Below, in pieces: positions 51,301-60,324 of a DNA stretch of 64,000 nucleotides (positions are counted from its first letter, which is position 1; every line of letters begins with the position of its first letter). A model generated the notes under the pieces. It had not been told where the DNA came from. It ran no database searches and saw only the letters and a program-made list of their open reading frames with translations. The position numbers and the translations under genes are program-made. Source of the DNA: Natronomonas sp. (GTDB lineage Archaea; Halobacteriota; Halobacteria; Halobacteriales; Haloarculaceae); assembly GCF_047616845.1 (NCBI RefSeq), contig NZ_JBLGBY010000001.1, positions 18,631-82,630 on the forward strand, given 5' to 3'.

Positions 51301-51456
51301 GCCGTCGACGGTCAGCGTCGTTGGCTCCTCACCAACCCCATCTCTGGGCGGGTCGTTCGCCGTCCCGGTTCGGAAGTCCTCCGTCAGCGGCGTCGAGGGG
51401 CGAGGGTCATCGATTTCCGGAATACCGGGCGTCGGCTCGGAGTCGTCGGTGCTCAT
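48322..51456 (-). CDS. fdhF: Formate dehydrogenase alpha subunit with N-terminal NuoG-like Fe-S domains
   Basis: 2Fe-2S and 4Fe-4S Cys motifs, CGYCAVGC, active-site ARLCH (Cys form), RGHNNVQG, molybdopterin C-terminal domain. Confidence 0.92.
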   Translation of the reverse strand: MSTDDSEPTPGIPEIDDPRPSTPLTEDFRTGTANDPPRDGVGEEPTTLTVDGETVAVPPGGTLLDAVEAAGSEVPALCHYGRDTEAGEEIGPRSTCRTCMVETDREGLVAACSTPAVDGLSVRTDAPDAAEARSVNLDLVLSNHNLRCTTCGKNGRCELQDASIEADVTHPRYGVFDERSEYEALDASSPINIDRNKCILCNRCVEACNDVQVEGVLRVEGTGEDTRIGFQTGAETMADSTCVTCGHCATVCPTGSLVEEGLVDATTLPFPGFTQRNSVGEVLEREEPEPPAEPEPGVAGFMKRAKGSAKRLGEQAVKAGEHAAEDIAAGVFSEGILFGIAKRVADARMRSIDATETTCGYCAVGCRFDVHSKDDEILGVRATDPDAAPANDFSTCVKGKFGYDFTGSDDRLEKPQIREDGELREASWDEALGRIAEELGEIRREDGPDSVAAFASSKCTNEDDYLLQKFARTVLDTPNVDNCARLCHSSTVAALLQTVGYGAMSNSIDDVANADCYLFSGTNTTESHPVLATKVKRNVRDGADLVVIDPREVGIAEHADQYLRSKPGFDVAWLNGMARYIIEEDLYDEAFVDENVHHFEALREKVEPFTPEEVERLAGIPPEALKEAAETIAEADSCVFGWAMGLTQHSHGTNNVLAMANLALLTGNVGKPNAGLSPFRGHNNVQGGGGDMGTLPNKLPGYGDVTDPEVVDRYEDVWGTRPPEEVGLQVTEVFEAIHDGAVRGLFVMGENPALSEPDIAHAEEALAELDFLAVADIFPTETTEHADVILPAASFAEKSGTFTNTERRVQLVSPAIDPPGRARPDWEIVQSLATRMGADWDYETPAEIMDEIAQVAPIYGGISHDRLEREGGLQWPCPDDDHPGTKFLYEDGFNFEDGKARFVPADMGEPGELPDEEYPLTLTTGRVLYHFHTGTLTRRVDALTDHVGESFVEIHPRTAAELGITDGQTVCVQSRRGSIDVRSQVTERPGEGVVFVPMHFVDGPANALTGEEYDPTSGIPEYKVASVRVHPLDGAGGVSVATDD

Positions 51457-52955
51457 TGGAGCCCTCCACAGGCGCCGGCCGGACATTCGCCGTTGGCGTG
51501 TGCGCGAAACTCACCCTCGAAGGCGTCGAGTGCGGTTCTGACGGGGCGGGCGGCCGCCTCGCCGAACGCACAGAGACTCGACGTCCGCATGACGCGGCTC
51601 AACTCCCGAAGGCCACCGTCATCGAACTCGCCGTCGTAGACGTCTCTGAGCGCTTCGTGGAGCTGTTTCGACCCTTCTCGACAGGGCACACAGCGGCCGC
51701 AGTTCTCCTCGCGAGCGAAGGCTGCCCGTTCGCCGACGGCCGCGACGACGCAGTGGTTCGGCCCGAATACCTCAACGATGCCCGCCGTTCCGAGGCCGGC
51801 CGCCTCCAGAGCGGGGCCCGCGGCGGGAACGTCGAGCGAGTCGGTCAGGCCGCCGAACCGCCCGCCGACGATAAATCTGGCGTCCGCCATCGTCCATGCG
51901 TCTCGGCTGCTGGCTGCCACCTCGACCGCCGAGAGTGCCTGCCCGAGCGACATCTCTGTCGGCAGTTCGACGGTCGCCGGTGCGACCACGTCGCCCCCGA
52001 CGCTGACGACCCGTGTTCCGGGGTCTGCGGCGTCCGTATCGAAGGCGTCGGGATTCCGCCAGAGTTCCGCCAACTGCAGCAGCGTTCGGGGCGTGTGTAC
52101 GAGCGTCGGCCGGCCGTACAGCCCCCACTCTTCGGGGCCGGGCGGTCGCCGGCGCGCCTCGACGCGGTCGTTGCCCTCCAGTGCCTCAAGCGCCATCGTC
52201 GGCTCGCCGAGTCGGAAATTCGCGTCGGCCGTCGCGACTTGCCAGCCATCGACCTCGCGGACGCGGTCGACGACGAGGTCGTCCTCACTTGGCGCGAACA
52301 CGACGATGTCCTCGGCGCCAACGATAGCCGCGACCGCCTCGGCAGCGTCTTGGAGTCGCCCCGTCGCGGCCGCACAGAGCACTCTGTCCGCGTTCGCCTC
52401 TGGGTCAGCATCGTTCGCGTTGACGACGAGTACGGGGTCACCGTCGGCGTTTCGTGCGCGCTGCCATACCGCTGTGAGCGGCTCATCAGCCGCGATATCA
52501 GCCCGACCGCGACCACGGAGCCCAACACGCTCGACGGTCGAGACGGCGTTCTCGGGAGCATCGGCTACCTCGGCTGCGACGGGTGACGGCACGTCTGTCG
52601 GCTCACGCCACCCGCAGCCACGCAGGACGCGACGCTTGCCGACTGCAAGCGGGCCGTCATCGGGTTGCGGGGGCTGTTCGCCGTCCGAAACTACCGTCGC
52701 GTCCTCGGTCGGGAGTCGGCCGGCCTCGCAGGCATCGAGGAGCCGTTCGACGCTCGATTCGGTGACGCCGGCGTGCAGCGCCGTCCGGCCATTGACGGTG
52801 ACGTAGACGTATGGCCCGCCGGGGGCACCCGTCGGCCCGGCTTCGACGATTCGTGTCTGGTTCCCTGCCAGCGCGGTCGCCCGATCGAGAACGCGGGCCG
52901 AACGACCGTCACCGACGGCCACCCGAACCGTCGGCGCGTCGGGTGATTCTGTCAT
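51453..52955 (-). CDS. Divergent NuoF/FdsB-like subunit
   Basis: GLRGRG, SLBB domain, ENCGRCVPCREG...LCAFG 4Fe-4S motif; 4-bp overlap with fdhF. Confidence 0.82.
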   Translation of the reverse strand: MTESPDAPTVRVAVGDGRSARVLDRATALAGNQTRIVEAGPTGAPGGPYVYVTVNGRTALHAGVTESSVERLLDACEAGRLPTEDATVVSDGEQPPQPDDGPLAVGKRRVLRGCGWREPTDVPSPVAAEVADAPENAVSTVERVGLRGRGRADIAADEPLTAVWQRARNADGDPVLVVNANDADPEANADRVLCAAATGRLQDAAEAVAAIVGAEDIVVFAPSEDDLVVDRVREVDGWQVATADANFRLGEPTMALEALEGNDRVEARRRPPGPEEWGLYGRPTLVHTPRTLLQLAELWRNPDAFDTDAADPGTRVVSVGGDVVAPATVELPTEMSLGQALSAVEVAASSRDAWTMADARFIVGGRFGGLTDSLDVPAAGPALEAAGLGTAGIVEVFGPNHCVVAAVGERAAFAREENCGRCVPCREGSKQLHEALRDVYDGEFDDGGLRELSRVMRTSSLCAFGEAAARPVRTALDAFEGEFRAHANGECPAGACGGLQ

Positions 52956-53046
52956 CTCGTGAACGGTAGGACGATGTCGTGAAAAGCGTTACCACACAGC
53001 AGGAAAGATGGACGCCTACTTATGCCGCGCGGCACAGTATTTCCGT

Positions 53047-54114
53047 ATGGAACCACGGGACCTGTCGGCGCACGTCGCCTACGAGGCCGGCCGGGGTGTC
53101 GAGGAGGTCGCACGTGACCTCGGTCTCGACCCCGAGTCCCTCGTGAAGCTCTCCTCCAACGAGAACGCGTACGGGCCCTCGCCGAAGGCGGCCGATGCCA
53201 TCCGCGAGTACGCCTCGCGGGTGCACACGTATCCGAAATCCTCCGCAGCCGACCTCCGCGAGCGACTCGCCGACCGGTGGGCCGTCACGCCCGAACAGAT
53301 CTGGCCCGCAAACGGCGGCGACGGCGCGCTCGATTACCTCGCCCGCGCGATGCTCGACCCGGGCGACAGCGTCCTCGTCCCGAACCCTGGCTTTGCGTAC
53401 TATGGTATGAGCGCCCGCTATCACCACGGGACGGTCAACGAATACCCAGTTCGCCGCGAGAACGATTTCGCACAAAACCCCGATACCGTGCTGCCGCATT
53501 ACAACGGCGAGCGCATCATCTATCTCACGAGTCCCCACAACCCCTCGGGCAGTGAGGTGTCTTTGTCCGATATCGAGGCAATCGCCGACGGAACCGACGA
53601 CGAGACGCTCATCGTCGTCGACGAGGCCTACGGCGAATTCTCCCAATCACCGACCACCACAGCACTCGTCGAGGAGCGCGATGACGTCGCCGTGCTCCGG
53701 ACGTTCTCGAAGGCCTACGGCCTGGCCGGCGTTCGACTCGGCTACGCCATCGTGCCCGACGAGTGGGCCGACGCCTACGCCCGCGTCAACACGCCGTTCG
53801 CGGCCTCCGAGATAGCTTGCCGTGCCGGCCTCGCCGCGCTCGAAGACGACGACCACGTCGAACAGACCGTCGAGGGCGTCCACTGGGCGCGGGAGTATTA
53901 CCACGACAATCTCGACTGCCGCACCTACGAGAGCGCGGGCAACTTCGTGCTCTGTCATGTCGGTGACGGAAGCGCCGTCGCGGATGCGGCCCAGCGTGAG
54001 GGCGTCATCGTTCGCGATACCTCCTCGTTCGGGCTGCCCGAGTGTATCCGCGTGACCTGCGGCACCCGCGAGGAGACGGAACGCGCCGTGGAGGTGTTGA
54101 ACGACGTCATATGA
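53047..54114 (+). CDS. hisC: Histidinol-phosphate aminotransferase
   Basis: KLSSNEN, SPHNPSG, DEAY and RTFSKAYGLAGVRLGY motifs. Confidence 0.94.
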   Translation: MEPRDLSAHVAYEAGRGVEEVARDLGLDPESLVKLSSNENAYGPSPKAADAIREYASRVHTYPKSSAADLRERLADRWAVTPEQIWPANGGDGALDYLARAMLDPGDSVLVPNPGFAYYGMSARYHHGTVNEYPVRRENDFAQNPDTVLPHYNGERIIYLTSPHNPSGSEVSLSDIEAIADGTDDETLIVVDEAYGEFSQSPTTTALVEERDDVAVLRTFSKAYGLAGVRLGYAIVPDEWADAYARVNTPFAASEIACRAGLAALEDDDHVEQTVEGVHWAREYYHDNLDCRTYESAGNFVLCHVGDGSAVADAAQREGVIVRDTSSFGLPECIRVTCGTREETERAVEVLNDVI

Positions 54115-54617
54115 GGGTCGCAATCACTGGCACCCCCGGCACGGGCAAGACGACCGCGACCGAACACGTCGAGACCGACCTCGATGTGCTTCACCTCAAC
54201 GACCTCATCCGCGATGAGGGGCTTGCCGAGGGCGAAGACCCCGAACGAGGCAGCCTGATTGCGGATATCGAGGCCGTCACAGAGCGCCTCGAAGACCGTG
54301 ACGACGTTCTCATCGAGTCGCATCTGGCACACCATCTCGATGCCGACCGCGTCATCGTGTTGCGGTGTGACCCACGACAGCTCCGCGAGCGCCTGCTCGA
54401 ACGCGGTGAAGGCGGCGCGAAGGCAGCCGAAAACGCGGAGGCCGAAGCCCTCGATGTCGTCCTCTCGGAGGCCGTCAGCGAGCACGGCGTCGACAACGTG
54501 TATGAAATCGAGACGACTGACCGCACGCCGGAGGATGTCGCCGAAGAGATCGAGGCGGTCATCGCCGGCGACCGCGAGCCCTCGGCTGGTGAGGTGGATT
54601 TCCTCGATTTCCTATGA
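54111..54617 (+). CDS. Adenylate kinase (AK6/Fap7-type)
   Basis: ITGTPGTGKTT, ESHL and ENAEAE motifs. Confidence 0.88.
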   Translation: MRVAITGTPGTGKTTATEHVETDLDVLHLNDLIRDEGLAEGEDPERGSLIADIEAVTERLEDRDDVLIESHLAHHLDADRVIVLRCDPRQLRERLLERGEGGAKAAENAEAEALDVVLSEAVSEHGVDNVYEIETTDRTPEDVAEEIEAVIAGDREPSAGEVDFLDFL

Positions 54618-55243
54618 CGCTCGATAAACTCCGCCCGGTCGCCGACCGCGCGCTCGCCCCGTTCGTCCGCGCTGCCGACCGCGTCGGCCTCACGCCCGAC
54701 GGCATCAGCATCGTCGCGTTTGGCTTCGCCGCCCTCGCTGCCGGGGCCTACACCCTCGGGGGCGCGGCCGTAGCGGGTGTTGGCCCGCGACAGGAACTGT
54801 ACCTCCTCGGTGCTGTCTTCGTCTTCGTAAACGGCTGGCTGGACTTGCTCGACGGTGCGCTCGCACGACTCCAGGGGACGGACTCGATGGCCGGCGACCT
54901 GCTTGACCACGTCCTCGACCGCTATGCCGACATCGTCATCATCGCGGGCCTCGCCGCCGGCACCACCGAGTACCTCCTCGGATTCCTCGCCGTCACAGGT
55001 GTCGTGATGACGTCGTATCTCGGGACGCAGGCACAGGCTGTCGGCCTCGAACGGGTGTACGGTGGCCTGGTCGGTCGTGCCGACCGCCTCGCTATCATCG
55101 GCGCCACGACCGTCGCGACGGCCGTGTATCCGTCCGAACTGTACGGACTGACGCTCGTCGGCTGGCTTCTGGTCTTTCTGGCCGTCGTCGGCCACCTCAC
55201 CGCTCTCCAGCGGTTCTACTACTCGATGGCGGCGCTGGATTGA
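54614..55243 (+). CDS. CDP-alcohol phosphatidyltransferase
   Basis: DLLDGALAR...GDLLDHVLDRYAD signature. Confidence 0.92.
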   Translation: MTLDKLRPVADRALAPFVRAADRVGLTPDGISIVAFGFAALAAGAYTLGGAAVAGVGPRQELYLLGAVFVFVNGWLDLLDGALARLQGTDSMAGDLLDHVLDRYADIVIIAGLAAGTTEYLLGFLAVTGVVMTSYLGTQAQAVGLERVYGGLVGRADRLAIIGATTVATAVYPSELYGLTLVGWLLVFLAVVGHLTALQRFYYSMAALD

Positions 55244-55256
55244 GAGAAAAGCGTCG

Positions 55257-55640
55257 TCAGTCGAGCCGCGTTTCGAGTTGCTCCGCGAGATAGACGATGA
55301 TGGGGACATCTTCGTCCTCGACGAACCGGGCCAGTTCCTCACCGCTGTCCGCGTCCTCGACGACCACGGTCGGGATGAGTTCGATGTCGTACGCCTCAAC
55401 GTTGGGGCCGACCTTCGAGCCATCGTCTTCCTTTTCCACGGGGTAGTGTTCGACGGTCTCGACGCCAGCAACATCGAGCGCCGCGCCGAAATCTGGCAGC
55501 TGTGAGCGGCAGTCCTTACACCAGTCGCCGCCCCACACCTTCACCACGATATCGTCAGCGAGTGCTTCGAACACGGCGACGGCGTCCTCGTAAGAATCCG
55601 AATCCCAGACGGGGTTGGGCCGCATCGTTTCCAGTTCCAT
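55257..55640 (-). CDS. Thioredoxin family protein
   Basis: WCKDC active site and cis-Pro IPT. Confidence 0.85.
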   Translation of the reverse strand: MELETMRPNPVWDSDSYEDAVAVFEALADDIVVKVWGGDWCKDCRSQLPDFGAALDVAGVETVEHYPVEKEDDGSKVGPNVEAYDIELIPTVVVEDADSGEELARFVEDEDVPIIVYLAEQLETRLD

Positions 55641-55697
55641 ACCTACGGATTGCTCGCACGACTCTTAAGGAACGCGCTCCGGGCAGGTACCGACGGC

Positions 55698-56126
55698 TCA
55701 GAGTTCCTCGCGGATGGTCTCCTCGATGATGTGTCGATGACACCGCTTGTCGTCGCCCTCGAAGCAGACCAAAGCGATGTCCTCACCGTCTCGAACCCGC
55801 TCACGGAGGTCGTTCAGGGCGGCACGGGCAGTATCGTCGCTGTCCAGATACTCTCGGTAACGTCCCTCGAAATCCGTCTCCTCCCAGGCGGCGTTGTGCG
55901 CGCCGGTGTCGCACATGCCCGCCATCGCCAGGTCGTCACGCCGCGTCTCGACCTCCTCAAGCAGCAACTCCGGTGGCCCGAGTTCTTGGACGTTCTCCGC
56001 GATGACGCCGTGGAACCACCCTGTCGGTTTCCGAACCACACCGACCGGCGTGGCGCCGTCGAGTTTCACGAGGTCGTGCTGGATCGCGGCCACGTAGGTC
56101 TCGGAAACGGTGCCTGGTTCGGCCAT
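55698..56126 (-). CDS. DUF488 family protein
   Basis: ELGPP.ELL and ALVCFE...CHR motifs. Confidence 0.78.
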   Translation of the reverse strand: MAEPGTVSETYVAAIQHDLVKLDGATPVGVVRKPTGWFHGVIAENVQELGPPELLLEEVETRRDDLAMAGMCDTGAHNAAWEETDFEGRYREYLDSDDTARAALNDLRERVRDGEDIALVCFEGDDKRCHRHIIEETIREEL

Positions 56127-56168
56127 GTTGCAGGCTAGCACAGCAGCGAGCAAAAGCCTGTCTGTCAG

Positions 56169-57644
56169 TCAGCCGTCCACGGGACACTGGTACGTACCGA
56201 GCGAGCGCCGGGTGCGCTGTGGTTCGTCTGCATCCAGCGTCACCGGCTCGCTGACGTAGTAGATCGTGAGTTCTGCGATGTTCTCCCCGTGACTGTCAGC
56301 AGCGTTCGAACAGAGATAGGCGGCGAAATACCGCTGCTGTGTCTCCCCACCGAGACGCATCCGCGTCAGGTATTTTCGCCAGCGTGCGTTCGGGTAGGTG
56401 TCGCCGATGTCGTCGGGGCGATTCCAGCCGGTGTCGGAGTGTGGGTAGACGTGGACGCGCTCGCCGGACTCCAGTTCGGCGGGCACGACGTACCAGCCGT
56501 CCGTCTCCGGCGGCCCCGGCGCGAACAGCTTCCAGCTTTGCTCCTCCGGGTTGACGCTCGATTCCTGTGGCGTCGCAACGATGCCGACTGCCGCCGCTTG
56601 CCAGAGGAGGCCGACGACGAGTATCGTCGCGGTGACGGCCGGCACGGCTCTACTGATGGCGCGGCGAGCCGAGTGGGGCAACAGTGGCGAGTAATCGACA
56701 GCGAATCCCGGCGTCCGGCTCACTATTTCCGTCTCCGTGACTGCGACACGACTCTCCAGGCTGTTCCAGACGCACGGCGGGAGGAAAAGGAGGAGACACG
56801 CCATCATGACGAGCGGGAACAGCCCGAGACTCATCGTGAGCAGCATACCGGTGTGCGCGGCAGCGAAGACAGCGACTGTGAGAGCGCGGAGCCAGCCGGT
56901 GAGTACGAACAAAAGCGGCGCGGCGACGAGCATCGTCAGCCACAGCCAGTTGATGGCGACGAGCAGGCGCGGGAACGCAGCGAGATACTCGCCGAGAAAC
57001 ACCGTGAACCGCTCAAGCTCGAACACGTGCCTGACGGCAGTCCCGTCCAGCCAGTGGCCACCCTGAAGCTTGAACGCCGCGTTCGTCGTGTAGACGAGGA
57101 CAACCTGTGTCAGGATGGCGACCGTAGCGAAATCAGTGACTCGTTTCGTGTGGTCGGCGTCCGTGCGGTCGGCGGCGAGTGCGTCCAGCGACCAGCGCTC
57201 ACCGAGTGGCAGAAACAGCGCGATGAACAACACGACGAGAAGCACCGTATCACCGCCGTTGAGGACGAAGTAGTTGCGCGCCTGCAGCGACGCGAGCAGG
57301 AGCCACGAGACGGCCGCGACGAGCCGTGTCCGGTAGCCGACGAGCAACAGCACCGCGAAGCCAAAAGCGATACCGAAAAGCACCGCCTGAACCCACAGCG
57401 AGCCCGAAACAGCGTGCAATGAGAGCCGCGAGAGCGTGGGGAACGACTCGGCGAGCGCGGCCCTCGGAAAGACGCCAGCATCCGTGTAGAAGGCGGTCAT
57501 ATCTCGCGCTCGCAGAAGGAGGTCTGCGAGGAGAAGGAATGCGGCAGCGATTCGGAACGCCGAGAGCGCCCGCGTATCGATTCCCAGCCGGCGCTCGGTT
57601 GCTGCACGGAGTCTGCCAGCAGCATCGGAGCGCGTCCAGCCCAT
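56169..57644 (-). CDS. HTTM-domain membrane protein
   Basis: GIDTRAL..FRI, FYTDAGVFP, LPLG.RWSLD, W.LFAP and WRKY motifs. Confidence 0.82.
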   Translation of the reverse strand: MGWTRSDAAGRLRAATERRLGIDTRALSAFRIAAAFLLLADLLLRARDMTAFYTDAGVFPRAALAESFPTLSRLSLHAVSGSLWVQAVLFGIAFGFAVLLLVGYRTRLVAAVSWLLLASLQARNYFVLNGGDTVLLVVLFIALFLPLGERWSLDALAADRTDADHTKRVTDFATVAILTQVVLVYTTNAAFKLQGGHWLDGTAVRHVFELERFTVFLGEYLAAFPRLLVAINWLWLTMLVAAPLLFVLTGWLRALTVAVFAAAHTGMLLTMSLGLFPLVMMACLLLFLPPCVWNSLESRVAVTETEIVSRTPGFAVDYSPLLPHSARRAISRAVPAVTATILVVGLLWQAAAVGIVATPQESSVNPEEQSWKLFAPGPPETDGWYVVPAELESGERVHVYPHSDTGWNRPDDIGDTYPNARWRKYLTRMRLGGETQQRYFAAYLCSNAADSHGENIAELTIYYVSEPVTLDADEPQRTRRSLGTYQCPVDG

Positions 57645-57818
57645 TATCGCGTAACTGCTCGTTCGGTGTCCGAACGAGAATCGCTTTGGGCTGGCGGTTC
57701 TGTCGACATTCAGGAAGCGGTTTCGGCGCGTGGCTGTTAGCAGTTCGGATGCTGTCGGCCGCGGCATTCCATCCCGCCTCCACGGGGGTTTTATATCGCC
57801 GTGTCGAACGTCGCGGCA

Positions 57819-58808
57819 ATGAAACGGGGCATTCTCGGAACGGTCGGGTCACCGCTCGTACAGGTCGAGTCGCCCCCCGGCTCCGTCATCACGGCGAAGA
57901 TCGAATCGAAGAACCCCGGCGGCTCCGCGAAGGATCGCCCGGCACTTGCGATGGTCGAAGCCGCCGAAAAGGAAGGCGAGCTTCAACCGGGCGACCGCAT
58001 CGTCGAGCCCACGTCCGGCAACACCGGAATCGGACTCTCGATGGTCGCCGCCGCGAAAGGGTACGACATCACAGTCGTCATGCCCGCCTCGAAATCACCG
58101 GAGCGGCGAGCCATCATGAACGCCTACGGTGCCGACCTCGAACTCGTCGAGGGAACCATCTCGGAGGCGAAAGACCGCGCCGACGAACTCGAAGCCGAGG
58201 AAGGGATGGTACAGGTCAGGCAGTTCGAGAACCCCGCGAATCCGGAAGCCCACTACCGAACCACGGGCGCGGAAATCATCGAACAAGTCGGCGACCGAAC
58301 CGTCGACGCCCTGGTCGCTGGCATCGGCACTGGTGGGACGATTACGGGCACCGGTCGACGGCTGAAAGAGGCCTTCCCCGGTATGGAGGTCGTCGGCGTC
58401 GAGCCGGCGGGCAACGCGGTGCTGACGGGCGGCGAGACCGGCGACGACGACTTCCAGGGGATGGGCCCCGGATTCGTCCCGCCGAACCTGGATGAGGAGT
58501 TGCTCGACGACGTCGAAGTCGTCGACCTTGACTCGGCGGAAGCAGAATGTCGCCGCCTCGCAGAAGAGGAGGGAATCCTTGTCGGGCAATCCTCGGGTGG
58601 CTCGCTGCTCGCCGCAAAGCGCGTCGCAGAGCGGTTGGCCGAGGAGCGTGGCATCGACCCCGAGCGCTGTCCCGGCCCCGATAACGACGTGGGGATTCTA
58701 AACGACGAGCCGGCCGACTACGACGAGATACCGGAGGAGTGCCCGCTCGTCGTCACCGTCTTCTGGGACTCCGGCGAGCGATACATGTCGACGGGCATGT
58801 TCGACTAA
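57819..58808 (+). CDS. cysK: Cysteine synthase (PLP-dependent)
   Basis: NPGGSAKDR, EPTSGNTG, GIGTGGT and DSGERY motifs. Confidence 0.9.
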   Translation: MKRGILGTVGSPLVQVESPPGSVITAKIESKNPGGSAKDRPALAMVEAAEKEGELQPGDRIVEPTSGNTGIGLSMVAAAKGYDITVVMPASKSPERRAIMNAYGADLELVEGTISEAKDRADELEAEEGMVQVRQFENPANPEAHYRTTGAEIIEQVGDRTVDALVAGIGTGGTITGTGRRLKEAFPGMEVVGVEPAGNAVLTGGETGDDDFQGMGPGFVPPNLDEELLDDVEVVDLDSAEAECRRLAEEEGILVGQSSGGSLLAAKRVAERLAEERGIDPERCPGPDNDVGILNDEPADYDEIPEECPLVVTVFWDSGERYMSTGMFD

Positions 58809-58809
58809 G

Positions 58810-59670
58810 TTATCGTTCGAGCCAGGCTTCGAGCCGCGAGACGAACGCCTCGGGACATTCCCGGGGCACCCAGTGGCCGCATTCGTGGAGCGTGAACAGA
58901 TCCGCCACCGGCGCAGCGTCGGCGGCGCGTTTCGACTGCTCGACCGGGATGAGTTCGTCGTCCTCGCCGTGGACGAAGAGGGTGGGGACGGGCAGGTCGC
59001 TCATCCGGTCTGCGTAGTTCGTCCGTAGTTGCGACCAGCCAACTTCGGCGCGCTGGAAACGGCGATAGGCGTCGCCAGCGTTCGGGCGCTGCACCGCAGC
59101 ATAGGCGTCCTCGACGAGCGATTCGATATCCGAATCCGGATGGGTGACGTTCTCGACGGCACCCTTCGTCACGCCTCGGCTCCGCTTCATTGCCCACCAC
59201 GTCGCTTCGAGCAGTTTGGGCGCTTTCACGTACGCTGCGCCGGTCTTGCCGCCGGGTACCTCGCCGCCAAGCCCGTAGCTGTCCACGAGCGCGAGTCGGG
59301 CAACTCGTGCCGGCTGCTCGAGCGTATAGCCCAGGGCAGCGCCGCCGCCCTTCGAGATGCCGATAAGCGTCGCCTGGACGAGCTCGAGCGTCGAGAGAAG
59401 CTCATCAAGCACGTCGATGTAGTAGTCGACGTGCGGCGTCACGCCCGCCGGAACCGGGTCGCTCTCGCCGTAGCCCGGCCAGTCGGGGGCGTACAGCCGG
59501 TATTCGTCCGCGAGTGCCGGAAACACTTCGCCCCACGACACCGCTGCGGCGTCCATGCCACCGCCGTGTAATAACACGAGTGGCTGGCCATCCTCAGGGC
59601 CAGCGACCTGACAGCGAACCGCCGTTCCATCGACGTCTATGACGCGTTCGGTCGCGTCAGTTCCGTTCAT
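58810..59670 (-). CDS. Alpha/beta hydrolase
   Basis: LLHGGG, PGYGES, GISKGG, HGEDD and GHW motifs. Confidence 0.88.
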   Translation of the reverse strand: MNGTDATERVIDVDGTAVRCQVAGPEDGQPLVLLHGGGMDAAAVSWGEVFPALADEYRLYAPDWPGYGESDPVPAGVTPHVDYYIDVLDELLSTLELVQATLIGISKGGGAALGYTLEQPARVARLALVDSYGLGGEVPGGKTGAAYVKAPKLLEATWWAMKRSRGVTKGAVENVTHPDSDIESLVEDAYAAVQRPNAGDAYRRFQRAEVGWSQLRTNYADRMSDLPVPTLFVHGEDDELIPVEQSKRAADAAPVADLFTLHECGHWVPRECPEAFVSRLEAWLER

Positions 59671-59712
59671 ACACAGACCTTGTCGTCGGGCGGTAAATAG
59701 TGGTCGCAGAAC

Positions 59713-60165
59713 TCAGGCGCCAAACTCGGATTCGGTAACACGAACGACCAGTGTCTCGTCGACGTCGTGGAGGTCGTACTCCGGTAGTTCATGGCCTGTC
59801 CGAGTCACGAACATCGGTTCCAGCAGTTCGTCGTCGGCGACGCCGTACACCTTCAGGAAACGGCCCGATTCATCCGGGTCAATTTCGTTGTCCCGAATCG
59901 CCTCCGCGAGGTCACGGGAGAGCCACTCTTCGTCGCTCACGGAGGCGTCGAAGATCAGCGCGGTATTGACGAACCGGACGAGATACCAGTTGAGGTCGTT
60001 CAGAAGCGCAACGGCGCTGCCGAGTGAGACGGACTCCAGCGCGACCGCGTTCTGGTAGGGTTCCCGGAGATCGTAGGTCGCGAGCGCCTCACGGGCAGTC
60101 TCGCGGCTGACGAGTTCGTAGCGTAACTCGATGTCGTCCTTGCCAACGAGACAGACCCGGGTCAT
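59713..60165 (-). CDS. Conserved archaeal protein (DUF5804-like)
   Basis: L.SRETAR and SLG.AV.L..DL.WY pattern. Confidence 0.72.
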   Translation of the reverse strand: MTRVCLVGKDDIELRYELVSRETAREALATYDLREPYQNAVALESVSLGSAVALLNDLNWYLVRFVNTALIFDASVSDEEWLSRDLAEAIRDNEIDPDESGRFLKVYGVADDELLEPMFVTRTGHELPEYDLHDVDETLVVRVTESEFGA

Positions 60166-60207
60166 GGTCGGCAATATCGGCCGACGGAAAAAGCGGTTTC
60201 GCTCGGG

Positions 60208-60321
60208 CTACGGGACGGTGCCGGGCATCGACCCACGAACCCACTGGCCGGTCTTGGTGCCGCAGGCGGTACACCATGCGAGGACGGCCGCCTCGTCCTT
60301 TGTAATCCGAACGTGTTCCAT
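60208..60321 (-). CDS. Possible 37-aa microprotein with single CxxCG knuckle
   Basis: Hand translation MEHVRITKDEAAVLAWCTACGTKTGQWVRGSMPGTVP; ATG 3 nt after the mat stop. Confidence 0.35.
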   Translation of the reverse strand: MEHVRITKDEAAVLAWCTACGTKTGQWVRGSMPGTVP

Positions 60322-60324
60322 CAG

